Part shown: positions 1 through 12,485 of the stretch, one piece after another | Numbering within the stretch: position 1 is the first letter of the stretch | Layout: each line of letters starts with the position of its first letter | NCBI RefSeq assembly: GCF_902652985.1 | Contig: NC_047016.1 | Location: 41,540,001 to 41,604,000 of the forward strand | Length of the DNA: 64,000 nucleotides | Source of the DNA: Pecten maximus | Taxonomy: Eukaryota | Reading direction: 5' to 3' | The notes under the pieces: model-generated | What the model was told of the DNA's origin: nothing | Seen by the model: only the letters and a program-made list of their open reading frames with translations | Database searches by the model: none | Position numbers and translations under genes: made by a program

Positions 1-1895
1 GTTACGATGTTGACAAATTATTTATTTGGTAATTTCGTAAATGGCGCTTATACTATTATTGTGATAGCTGTATTTCTTATAATAAATTAGTAGCGTCATA
101 GCTTGTGAAGCTGCATTATAGGTGGTTTATATGACCAAATGCAAATTTAGAAAGCTCCCTAGGCCTATTGATACGGAAGTACCTGGCGGTCATGTTTAAT
201 TTTGTTTTACCAAGAACACCATCGGCTGTATTCTAAACACTGACCAAATCACTGTAAATTGTAGTACACAGTCTTATATACAACAATTTGGTTTACTGAC
301 GACATGTATACAACACAATATACAACTACATTTTGTATGTCGCCATAAAACAACAAAAGGTGACGTGTCAATAATTAAAGTACTCTTATAAGCTCCTTGA
401 AGCGCCCGAAAAAATGAATGTCGCTCTAACTTATCCTGCAAATACGTGGAACTATTGGCAAATAAAAGCAGTAAGAAAAATTTGTTTAGGTCAGTTAACA
501 ACTACTTAGCATATAATGAAAATGTAGTAAGCATATTATGCTGACTTTTTTTTCTGTCGAGATGCTTCAGTGACACATTCGTTTACAATCCCTCTTCAAA
601 TTGTTTATAGTTTCCTCGCTACATGCTTATATTCATGTATTAACATGTTTATACATAAAATTTGTATTTACCTGCGCTTGTCAGTTCCATGGTTTTACTC
701 CTTAACGATGGACAGTGGACAAATCTACCCGAAACACAACAATAAAGTCATTTTATAAAGAAATAGATAATATGCATGTAACATTTTACATTATTTTAAA
801 TAATACTCAAATTAGTTATTTATTTCAGTTATTATATCACTCTGAATCAACATAATAAAAAGTGTGATCTTAGTCACTTAATAAAGTAACTAATGTTATG
901 TATATATCAAAGTTTCATTAAATATATAATACATTAAAAACTTTTTCGAATCAAAGTATATAAGCAGTATTTTCTATAAAGAAATACATGTAGATCTATC
1001 TTACCTGTCTACAGGTAAATAATTAGTTTCCAAAGCCAGTCAACTGCTTTACCATTAGGATGTAATAACGCCTACTGAACTCGTCCTCAACGTCTCGTGT
1101 CGACCACGGCTGTTGGCTCAAGTACAGACAACTTACGTTGATAACACCGCTGTCTGTGTATTATCGTACACATTCCCCTTATACTGCAATGTTTACATAT
1201 ATCTCTGTAGAACAGTCTATCTTAAAATCAACATGTTTAACTCCGGGTTGTTTACAGTGACCATCATTTATCTATGCTAAACATCTATACTGACAGTATT
1301 GTTAACTTTTGACAGTTTATAGATGCCATCACTTATCCATGCTAAACGTCTCTACTGGCAGTATTGTTAGTTTGGACATTTAACAGCCACCTTTTCCTAT
1401 CCATACAAAACGCTTGCAATGACATTATTCAAATTATCATTATGAACTTATTCAAAGTGGGAAATCCTAATCTGACGTCATCAATGGGAATTTATGAATT
1501 TTTACAATAAATCCCCACACTAGTTACGATATCACGTGATCGGCGCAGGACCTAAGATAATGCAGAACAAGGACGAATAGAATGTTGAATGTCGCTTTTG
1601 TTGTGTGTGTTTGGTTGTGTTATTTGTTGTGTTTTTTTGTATAGAATAACTATAAGAAAGTGTGTGGCTTTTATATAGTGGTTCTATATATATGTGTCAC
1701 TATAGAATATTGTTGTTGTTGTTATATTGGAATATTTAAAAGGATTGGGTCGGTGTGTTATTTACATAGTGATTCTACGTGTCACTTTGCTGACGAAGAA
1801 AGCTTGAAAGTCTTAGTTTCTGTCTCTCCGTCTAGCCATTTAAATGATCTACTGGGTTTACAGTGGGGTCGAGGGTTAACATTATACAAGTATTG

Positions 1896-2010
1896 CCTTT
1901 TGTTTTCTGTGTAAACGAGACTATACGGACCTGGTCAAGAGTTTTTTCATCGAGGCCGAACAAACTCTAAAAAAGGTCAGTATAGCCTAGAGTACACTGA
2001 AAGCAAAAGG
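1896..2010. repeat. Imperfect long hairpin (~36-bp arms), probably an old non-autonomous DNA transposon remnant
   Basis: CCTTTTGTTTTCTGTGTAAACGAGACTATACGGACC (from 1896) is an imperfect reverse complement of GGTCAGTATAGCCTAGAGTACACTGAAAGCAAAAGG (ending 2010). Confidence 0.5.
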
Positions 2011-4459
2011 AAACAACTATTCTGTAATATGGCCAACAAACGAATAAGAAGTACTTAAGTTTTCAGTCCGCAGACTGAACTCTGGCACTTAAATATTGTG
2101 GGAAAAGTTTTGTTGCACATGAAGTATTTTTACCGGGTGTTCAACGTGTCTTTTCTCTTGTAATTCCTCTTCTTTAATTGTATCGATACATTGTTGGGGT
2201 ATCTCGTCTGAAATATTGTGAAAACAAAAGTGTTGCCGAACACTCGCTTGTTCCAAGCATTCTGTAGTTAACGGTGATATAAAACAACAGAATGCCTTTT
2301 AGAGTATTAATATAGACATGTCCTCACACTACCTTTGATTCCTTCCAATGATAAAAAGTGAAGCCTTCATCCCTGTCAACCAAGCGTTTTGATTGCATGC
2401 GGGGCTTTATGATGAAGTACAAGCTGGTGGTGGATATGGCGTTGATTAACAAAGTGCAGACTGTCGGTGAGTATGGAGCTGATTGACGAAGTACAAGCTG
2501 GCGGTGGGTATGGAGTTGATTGACGAAGGGCAAGTCGTAATTTGAATACGATTTCCGAAACAATGCGAAGTCGTAGAGTTCTTGCAATGTAACTATTTAT
2601 GCTAAATCCAAATAAAATATGACAAATCAAGTTTCATCGAATGTTATTTTAAGTAATGATTTGTTCTGAATATCATGTCCTTAAATAACAAACGTCAATG
2701 TGAAATCGCGTGTCTATGGAAAGCGTACATCACAGACAATATTGTGTCTTAACTTAATAAATGGAAATTTCAAGTGAACAATCAATATGAGCCAATCTCA
2801 ACAAAACCGTCATGCACTAAAAGAAATATTCTTTTTGTAAGCTTTACTATTATTTTTCATGTCTATTGACTTTGAAAGATACCATTTAAACTGATGGAAG
2901 CTCACTTGTGTGACATCCGACTTCCGTGTACAAAATAAGATAAGTATTGTTGTTGTAAATAGCTCTTGGTTTAGTAATGGTATCTTGTGTGTAAATGATA
3001 AAGCAACAATGTATACCGACATGAAAACGAAGCCGTAATTTAAACCAAAGTCGATAAAACGATGACAAACCTATACCATTACACGGAGACCCACGACAAA
3101 GTACTACGAGAATAAGACCAGGTGTTCCGGAAAGGTAGGCGTCTTCTGCTTCACTTGGCACCCGCAACGCTAATATAGGTAGAATTTGGGTTAAGTGTAA
3201 CACCCCCTCAAATCGATAACAGTAGGCAGATGACAACGGAACCACCAAGTATACCGAACAGCATAAAATACGTCTGAATTCATATATATATTTCATTGTC
3301 ATTCTCAACTCGCATCTCAAGAAACCCTAAGTTATTTTATCACGCCGGGGTATCAAGAATACGCCAATGAATACATAACAAATTAAAACAGTAAGATAAT
3401 CCAAATACTATAGTTAGGAGAAGCATTGGTATTGCTATCTAGAAATAAAGTATTTATATTTGGGTTAGTTGTAAACTGTACATCTTCTTACATTGAAAGT
3501 AAAGATCGAGGTAAGCGTTAAGGAGTCGGCGGGGTCCTTGTTTTCAAGTTTCCGAAGGCATATCCGAACGACATGGTCGTTCAAGTTTGTGTCATTTAAA
3601 AAAAAAACACATCGTCAATACAATTATAGGTGCAATTGAAAGACCTAATATAATTTACATAATAGTCAGGCATAGTGTTATAGCGTGTGACTAATGCCTT
3701 GAAAGGTTCTCTGAAATAAATATATATATATTATCAGATTGCTCTTGTTCCCAACATTATACCGTAAATCGGACTATTTTAGCGAGTGCAAATAAATAGG
3801 TTGTTGATATCAAAATCCAAAGGTTACATTTTTGTGCGCGAACTTCTAACGATTGTTTTACTTACGTTCATGAATAGTAAAAGATGAGGTCAATCTATTG
3901 CAAAAGTTTCGTAAATCTGTTGAATGAAAGCTTAATATATTTGAATATAAGATGAGCCGATAATGCAGTCCAGATCAGTCACTATAAACAGTCGTTAGAT
4001 GGCTATGTACAATGCTTAAGTGTGTGCATCCCCGCTAACAAAGTCGATCACCAACATAATATGTTCCAGGTAAGAACGGTCTTTACTCTTTGTGTAGGGC
4101 TAAAATTCTAGCGACTTTGATTTAGTGACTTTGATATTGAGCGATTCATATATGAAATTTAAAAACTAGTTGAATTAGCTATAATTTGCAGCTTGCTGTA
4201 AGGTAACAGTTTCTTATTTACATACTGCCGATTCACGAGTAATGGGATCATGCTCTGTCATTCAAAATGTTCCTTTATTTCCATCCACGTTCTTTGTATT
4301 GTGTATCTGTCAATATGCTATTCTCGATTTTTTTTTTTTTGTTGTTGTAAGAATCAAAGGATCCATACATTGTAATAGGTCTGTTTTTTCGATGGAATCC
4401 TAGCTACCTTGTAATTTCAAAAATATCATGTAATGAACAACTTCACATTTACCCAACGT

Positions 4460-7400
4460 TCAGTTATTTATTCTATTAACTGCACACAGACCACAAAACT
4501 TCTTGCAGTAGGTAACTGCCAGATCGTAGACGGAACAAATGTTAATTTCTGCCATGAACTCACAGCGAATTCCAGGTTTATCCTCACATGACTGTCCAAC
4601 ACCTTAAAGAGAACAATAGTCAATACAGGCATAAGCAGTGGCAAGATCATAACATTTGCATAATCGGAACAATAATCTTCTATCAAATATGATGAGTGCT
4701 TCATTTCATCGCACTTTCTACGTATGAAATAATTTGTTATATAAAAAGTAAAACTATTTACACAGTAGATACGAGGTCTAATTGATAAGTTGTGAGCCTC
4801 GTATTGAAGGGGGTACTCAAGGATGTTCTTTTTAAGTCCTACTATTCTCTGACTATATAGGGCCGTGTACCCAAGGATTGGTCTGATTTGGTTAGTTTAT
4901 ATCGACGAAATAGTACTCTAAAGTAAACAAGACAAGCAATTTTTCCAACTTAGACAAAATAGGTTAGGGTTAGGGTAAGGTTGAAAGAGTCTGCCATTGC
5001 CATGGCTGTCATTTACGATTGTGGCTTTAAATAGCTTGAGAATCCGCCTCATTCACCTGATCTCGCTCCATCAGACTTTCATCTATTTCCGAAACTGAAA
5101 ACACCTATTTCAGGCATCCTAACCCTAATATGCTGTGGATGACTTTCTAAACAGCCTAGAAAAGGAGTTCTATAAAATGTGGCATTGAGGCCCTTAAACA
5201 CCGCAAAAGTGTGTAGATACTGAAGGGGATTATGTTGAAAAATAATACAATATGTCCGGCAAAATTCAAATCCTTCAATAGGGGATTATGTTGAAAAATG
5301 ATACAATATGTCCGGCAAAATTCAAATCCTTCAATATGAGGCTCACAGCTTATCAATCAGCCCTCGTATAAAATGATTATTTCTATACTGTGTTTATCTA
5401 TTTCATACTGTCTGCATATACTTTATTGACTTCTTGGATCAACGCTACTAACTTCATATGTTTAACGCTTTCACCATGAGTTCTTCTCAGGAAATATTCT
5501 ATGACAAGACATGAACTGAAACAGTCTTTTAACGCCAATGATGAATGTAAAAAACACTTTAAATAAAGACAACTTACTATACATGTTGTCCCTTATGTAT
5601 TTGTACTAATTTTCTTCATTTTCAATTTCAGGTAGATACATGCTAACGCAAGCTATGGGAAAGTTATAAAATTTCAAAAACTTCACCGATACAAACAAAA
5701 TGTACACTCTCTTGATGTCACATAGACACTACATTGTAGAGCAGTAATGCAGCAGACATACGTTTCTAATGTCTCTATGTAGGTCATTAATTAATGGATA
5801 CATTCGTTATCTGTGGATAAGGACAAGAAATACACCTACCCGTTGGTCCAGGAGTGGTATTGATAACTGGAGCTAAAGTTGGTCTAGGAGTGGTATTGAT
5901 AAGTGGAGCTTGTGTTGGTCTAGGAGTTGTATTGATAACTGGAGCTTGAGTTGGTCTAGGAGTGGTATTGATAACTGGAGCTAAAGTTGGTCTAGGAGTG
6001 GTAATGATGACTGGAACTTGAGTTGGTGGAGTTGGTCCAGGTGTGGTATTGATAACCGGGGCTGGAGTAGGTGGAGTTGGTCTAGGAGTGGTAATGATGA
6101 CTGGAACTTGAGTTGGTGGAGTTGGTCCAGGTGTGGTATTGATAACCGGGGCTGGAGTTGGTGGAGTTGGCCCAGGTGTGGTATTGATAACCGGGGCTGG
6201 AGTTGGTGGAGTTGGCCCAGGTGTGGTATTTATAACCGGGGCTGGAGTTGGTGGAGTTGGTCTAGGAGTGGTAATGATGACTGGAACTTGAGTTGGTGGA
6301 GTTGGTCCAGGTGTGGTATTGATAACCGGAACTGGAGTTGGTGGAGTTGGTCTAGGAGTGGTTTTGATGACAGGGACAGGTGTCGGAGGAGTTGGTCTTG
6401 GAGTGGTGTTGATGACAGGGACAGGTGTCGGAGGAGTTGGTCTTTGAGTGGTTTTGATGACTGGAGCTGGAGTCGGTGGAGTTGGTCTAGGAGTTGTATT
6501 GATAACAGGAGCTGGAGTTGGTGGGGTCGGTCTAGGAGTCGTTTGGATGACTGGCGCTGGAGTTGGTGGAGCAATTCGAAGAGTTGTAGAAACCCCTGGA
6601 GCAGGTGGTGGTGGTGTTGGTTGCGGAGTTGTACTAGCAGTTGATACAGGTTGAGGAGGAGTTGGTCGTGATGTAATTTGTGCCAGTGGTGCTGGGGATG
6701 GGGGAGTTGGTACAGGACTTCTATCAACCTTTGCCCCTGGTGTTGGCGTCGGTGGACGTGGTGGTGAACGTGTACTATGAGTAGTTACCGCTGGTATTAC
6801 TGTAGAAAGACTGATCATGTCTGCTTCGGTACACCGCTGTGGAATTGGTGTTGAAGTAGCGAGAACTAGAAAAACATAAATAATATGATATGCTACATAT
6901 TAATATAATATGAATGGGCCTTGAGATCATTATATGTGCAGTACATATTTTGATTGTTACGAAGGTTGACTTACAATGTACTTGCATGTGATGTACCGTA
7001 CATATTTTGACGGGTACAAAAGTTAATTTACCTTTAGGTGATGTGCCGTACATATTTTGATGGTACAAATATTAATTTACCTGTAGGTGATGTGCCGTAC
7101 ATATTTTGACAGGTAAAACGTTAATTTACCTGTAGGTGATGAGCCGTACATATTTTTATTGTTACACAAGGGGCCGTTACAACATCGAGTAGTGAGGACA
7201 TCACCAGTGTGAAGTCGCTTTCCTTTGGGTCTGTTGACGACGTCACACACCTATTGAATGACGAAATACACAGGATTCTCCTTTATTTACATTATCTAAT
7301 GTATTTGTACTGCATTTGGATGGAAGAGGAAACGGTATTCCAGAAAAAATCATTATTTTACGATTAAATATTCTAGTTGCAAGGTCAAATACTGAGTGAT

Positions 7401-10400
7401 AGGAAATGCCCGTTGTGTATTAGTTTCTTATATTTTCGTAATTGAATAGCAACCTCAAAACGAATATCACGATTTATCTGAAAAAAGGTAGATTAATATT
7501 TGTTTCGACGGCAGACATAGGGAGGTCGAACCATGAAACTAACATCAGGTTGATGCTTGATACTCGAAAATATCCTTGAGCATTTTATGTTATACAGAAT
7601 TAAACAGAAACGTCAATTTAAGTGTGAGTTATTGGATGAAATTTATCTTCGCTCGAGATTTTGTTATTTAATTAGTTTCTAAACAAAAACATACCTTCTG
7701 CGGGAGGCATTCCAATTTCATACTAGCGTCAGGGTAAAGCAGCGATGAGGAACACATCTAAAAATAGCACAGTGACATTTACATGCACTAATAAAACACT
7801 GCATATATGTCAAAACTGATCCCAATGTTTTGATGGTATAACGTTATATACTATCTACATACATTTTATTTGACAATACATAATATATTAGATATGGCAC
7901 GATTCTCGTTATTTATCATTGGTTTAAACATGATCATTTTGTGAGGTATTAACCTACTGTTTCTATTTTAGAAACATTGGGTTAACATAATGCAATTCCA
8001 CCCTTTTGCAAACAAGTTTAATATCTAATATTAAACTTTAGAAACTTTGATTCGGTAAATATGGTGTTAAATCGACATGGTAAAATCTGAAATATTCACC
8101 TCGAGCTTCGCCTTCGGTTACATGTACTATCTTATTCTATCAGGTTGGTATAACACCATTTTGACCTCGCCAAATGTCCATAATTGATAATTTAACAATT
8201 AATACTATATAAACGGATTACCTGGTCCTGTCCACATTGTTTAATAGTTGTACAATCTTCCACAGTAGCAGCATTATTGCACGTAAGGCAGAGACGATTA
8301 CCGGGATCATTCTCTAAATCATGAAAAGGTTTCCAGGAAATTAATTGTAAAAAGTTATTATTAAGAAATAAAATACATGTTCAAAATGGATATTGAAAAC
8401 GAATGTTCACATTAAATATTGAATACGAAAAGTGTTTGATATATCTAAAAGGCTACATTTCCGAAAAAAGTGTAATAATGATCGATTTGAAAGAGGAATG
8501 GACAGTTAAATACTTTACTTCATTACCACGCACCAGAAGTTTGAGATTCTCTTTTTTATCTTTTAAAATAAAATAAAAAAGACTAATTTGCATAACGAAG
8601 AAAGTTTATAGTTGATCATTAACATATACCTTGGGTTGATTTCGGTCTTGTAAGCGATCATTACTAGAAAACTGTTATAATGTTATTAGATATACTTCTA
8701 CATCATGGGTGACATTTTAGGCATGTTTTGACAAACCATTCATACGCATCTTTCAAGCAAAATTTTCTATTTCTAAATACTAAATAAGCCATTACTAGAT
8801 GAGGTTTATAAGATATGTGTATAAAACATTTAATGCATTGCATAAAAAGTTTTTCATTGAACTTACGGATTAAAAGGAAACCCTGGGCATTGCAAACATG
8901 AGAGGAACAGCAGTGATGGTAGGTGCGAACGCCATAGTAACCATCGACCCCCGTTTGTGATGCATCAGCGTCACAATTTAACTCTGTACAATCCTATATC
9001 AATAAAAAAAGAATCGGATTGAACCACACAGATTTACATCATGACATAATTCTTAATGTCTAATGTTCTGGGATTCATCGTATGCTACTATAATCACAAA
9101 CATAGGTTTGATATTTAACTTATAGTCGTTTCTAAGACTGAGACTGACAGTGAGCATGACACTCATATGATTTGATACCAAATGTAAACGTTTAAGAGAC
9201 TGGGAGAGCGAGCAAGCACGATGCTACAATCACAAACAGGGTTATGACACATAGTAGATTGCAACTATGTTAAAGTTATGAAGAACTCGAATACTAACCC
9301 CACTTCCCTTGCAACCAGCATTATGGAGGATAATTACGGCTGGATTCTGTGCAGATGAGTTTGGATCCGTCCCATTTAAAACGGACAATCGTTCAACAAA
9401 ACAAACCTATGAAAACAAACAATTCAAACATAAGACGCTTACCTATATTATATGTTCTAAACATGTAATACATTTAATAATCAATTTTGCTTTTATATTT
9501 CCTAAAAAGTGTTAAGTAGTAGTCAAGGTTGATTTCTATCTAACCGTTTATCTAGATGATATGGTAATGCCAATATTTCCTCCCAACTGAAATGATGCTT
9601 TCATTCATTTCAACATGAAGTTGAAAACGATTAACGATACGAATGTATCTCATAAGTCTCTATATAAACAATCAAAATATGTTATTATTAGATAAAGGGT
9701 TATCTATCACAACCAATAAAGTCATTGCTAGTGTCGATAAGTTTCGATAACAGCTCTGCTATCTTCCTCCGACTTGAATGACCAATATAGCGTCTTAGAT
9801 AACGTTTTTACTATAGCTATCCTGACCAGCATGAATAATATGTTTCACAATATGTTAGTACTGTCTTAAAAAAGTTAATAATCAACGATATATTTCTTTC
9901 CATCATACCATCACTTCATTGATTAAGCATGTTGTGTGGTGGGTAAAACAAAGATTAGTACGAAACTAACGCTCACCTCATTAGGTTTGCAAGTGACCGT
10001 TGTATTACAGTCTTTTATTGAGGTCACTCCTTCACATTGGAGACACGTGACAGGGTCAGAAGCTGGAGAATCAGATAGCCATATATATATGCAAATTTGA
10101 AATAGTTATTTCATTATTCTCATAATTTGTTGTGTTCAAAATGTTATATAATTGAACAATTTAGTTATAAAGATTAAGCACACTACTATTAAAGAAAGTC
10201 AGTATAATGTACTTACCTTGCAATGCCTGTACCCAACAACAATAAAGAATAGCGATCAGTGCAACTAAAAATAGAAGGTGATATATCAGTGAAACGAGCT
10301 GCACGTGCACAATTCACATTAGAAAAACAGCACTGTCATTAATCATATCTCCTGATTACGATAGAAAATAAAATCTCATTTTACCCAACCAATAATGTAC

Positions 10401-11925
10401 ACAAAATTGAACGATGTTAAAGAAAATCAATTTACTTTTTATATCATCGCCTAGGTAAGACAAAAACCCAAGTTTAAGAAATAAAGGAAATTAATTGTAT
10501 ACATTTCAAATTTAGAGTTGTTAATAAGCAAATGAAATAAATTATAATTATTTTAAGCGAATGACATGTACACAGTGAAAAGTTCGTTATGCAAATTTGA
10601 CCTAAAAACCTTGACCTGAAATTGACCTGAAAAAATATTCATGCAAATACAAGGTGAAAACTTTATGTCAACTTGAGATAAATTTCACATGAAATTGACC
10701 TAAATTGACTTGAAGACATTTTGTACGTTTATCAAGTTATAAGTATGAGATTTTGCCGCTAATATATACGGCGCAAACCCAGCTGTAACTGATTTCCTAT
10801 GGCATTAGGTTGATAAGTATGCATAATTGGTTATATATTGTCCATATAACCAGTGTTAATAAGAAAATTGATTAATAAAATTATCTTTAAAACTTAAACA
10901 TTAACATGCATTGTGTTATGATATGAGCAAACGGAGACAATATGGTATCGTTCTCATAATGCTACATATTTTACTGTCGTCTATAAGAGGTTGTTTATGT
11001 AACGACGAAATTAACTGACGATTCCGTTATCGATACACCATTTTACTTCTAATTGTTTATATAACAAGACTTACATTTTACGTTTGCACAAATTCCTTCC
11101 ATATTCCCCTGAACCCCGCGACACCATTCTAAAGTAATCGGAGTTCAAAGGTCATATTAACATAATCAATACGTCACACAACTTCTTACAGGACAGCACA
11201 TGTATAAATCTAAGAAAGTATTACGCATATTACCGAAAATACAGATGCATGTAATAGCACGTGTAGGGTTGGTTTTGTCTAGGTCGGTAACCAGTTCATT
11301 GGAAATGCTCAAATGCTCCCTTTAGCATGTGCATCATTTGCGAAAATATTTGTTTTGAACTACGCGGGTGGTAGGGGTGGTGGGTGGTATTATTCTAGGT
11401 GTTGACATTTTCTTGCATAATGCCCCATAATATATTCTAGCAACTGTTCACTAACTGTATACATTCCAGATATTATTTCATTTTTGTTCACGTTTTATTG
11501 GAAAAGATTCATGGAAATCTTAATCGTGCATTTTTTTGAGGGAGAGGTTTCTGAGGCGATAAACAAGGAGTTGATCAAATAATCTGATCAAAAATGCATT
11601 GTAATCCTGTAAATTTAATACCGATAGATATAGAATACATATTTAGATAAATTGAGGCTGCAACGCAAAACGTAAATACAATATATACAATGTAAGTGTA
11701 TAATCGACAAGAAACACAGTTCCTTGTTACAAGCTAGTATCTCGTAACATTGAATGACGCCAACAGTAAGATTTATGCACAATAACTAACCATGCACATG
11801 GATAATGTAGTACAAAAAAACTGTATCATACCATTTATTTTTAGATTGTTATCTATAATACGCTGGCCTTATTTCTTTCTACAGAAAACTTCCTTATCAG
11901 TTAATAGCTGTGTCTTACCTGCCAT
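4460..11925 (-). CDS. Secreted protein: signal peptide + two Ly6/uPAR (three-finger)-like domains + Pro/Thr mucin-like stalk + C-terminal ShKT domain (~606 aa, 10 coding exons)
   Basis: Phase-consistent GT-AG exons: 11925-11919, 10264-10217, 10062-9977, 9406-9299, 8993-8867, 8313-8222, 7757-7695, 7250-7130, 6865-5840, 4602-4460 (1821 nt). N-terminus MAVALIAILYCCWVQALQ is signal-peptide-like. Domain 1 runs TCLQCEG...CCSSHVCN and domain 2 LCLTCNN...CCNGPLCN, both with the LU-type CxxC start and CCxxxxCN end. The last exon encodes CEDKPGIRCEFMAEINICSVYDLAVTYCKKFCGLC, an ShK six-Cys pattern ending CxxxCxxC. AATAAA on the minus strand at 4274-4279. Confidence 0.85.
4772..5366 (+). mobile_element. 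Internally deleted Tc1/mariner (mariner-type) transposon in the last intron of the LU-mucin-ShKT gene
   Basis: ~29-bp TIRs (CGAGGTCTAATTGATAAGTTGTGAGCCTC / GAGGCTCACAGCTTATCAATCAGCCCTCG) flanked by TA on both sides. Residual transposase C-terminus NPPHSPDLAPSDFHLFPKLK (mariner YSPDLAPxD motif) and ...KCVDTEGDYVEK*. Internal ~57-bp duplication around 5225-5337. Confidence 0.9.
5845..6570 (-). repeat. Coding VNTR forming the mucin stalk (45-bp and 36-bp units)
   Basis: About 13 copies of PTPPTPAPVINTTP(R/G) (15 aa) followed by 4 copies of PT(L/Q)APVINTTPR (12 aa) in the 5787-6818 ORF. Confidence 0.9.
6935..7160 (-). repeat. 49-bp tandem repeat made of the exon 3' end plus its splice donor
   Basis: Minus-strand unit AATATGTACGGC(T/A)CATCACCTACAG|GTAAATTAA... 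with junctions at 7130 (true donor), 7081 and 7032, plus 1-2 decayed copies. Confidence 0.85.
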
Positions 11926-12485
11926 AGTACAACAAGGTCGCGTTCAGGACAACTTATACGACAATTTATACAATTTAATACAAAATTCATTTTTCATAAA
12001 CACTAGTAAGAAACATAGTTGATTAAATGAGTTATTTAAGCCATGGTATAGTTATAATTAAACACTAAAATCCCTCAGACAATCAGTACAGTATAAACAT
12101 CGCTAGACACATCTCCTATATGTTTTGGTGTTAAAAGGATATATTATTTTCTTAGATTTTCTTTTGATCCCTAGAATATAACAGTGAAGTCTGTAATGGC
12201 CAAAACTGTCCAATGTGGAGGTTTATTCATAGTATATTTAGGCTCCAATTGTGTTTCATTGATCTAGAGAGTGCTGGTTAACCAAAATATCTTTTGTTCT
12301 GATAAAACTTGATGATGATCACACTTGTCAATGTCACCCTGTACGATTAGGTTTATCTGAGACAGCTACTTTCCTATGATGATAACGACCGAAACCAGCT
12401 GCTTAGTTCCATACATATACATTACCTCTGAGACAGATCAGAACGTTACCGCTTTAATCGAGGGTCATTTCTTACGTCCGCTAAC
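11926..12485. promoter_or_regulatory. Putative bidirectional promoter between the LU-mucin-ShKT gene and the metallopeptidase gene
   Basis: Divergent start codons at 11925(-) and 12486(+). TATAAA on the minus strand at 11965-11970, ~40 bp upstream of the minus-strand ATG. Confidence 0.55.

Noticed and set aside
1005-1185. Possible first exon of a minus-strand gene leaving the window (CAG|GTAAG donor at ~1004, TATAAG at ~1180)
   Set aside because: No open coding frame or downstream exon can be confirmed. It may be a non-coding exon but cannot be supported from sequence alone.
5787-5839. ORF-track C-terminus GRCISCPYPQITNVSIN* as the real end of the mucin protein
   Set aside because: A donor G|GTAGGT at 5840 splices in phase to the ShKT exon at 4602. 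Read-through remains possible as a minor isoform.
6018-6727. Trp/Ser-rich, Gly/Val-rich and Leu/Gln-rich ORFs overlapping the mucin exon
   Set aside because: Antisense or alternate-frame shadows of the coding VNTR.
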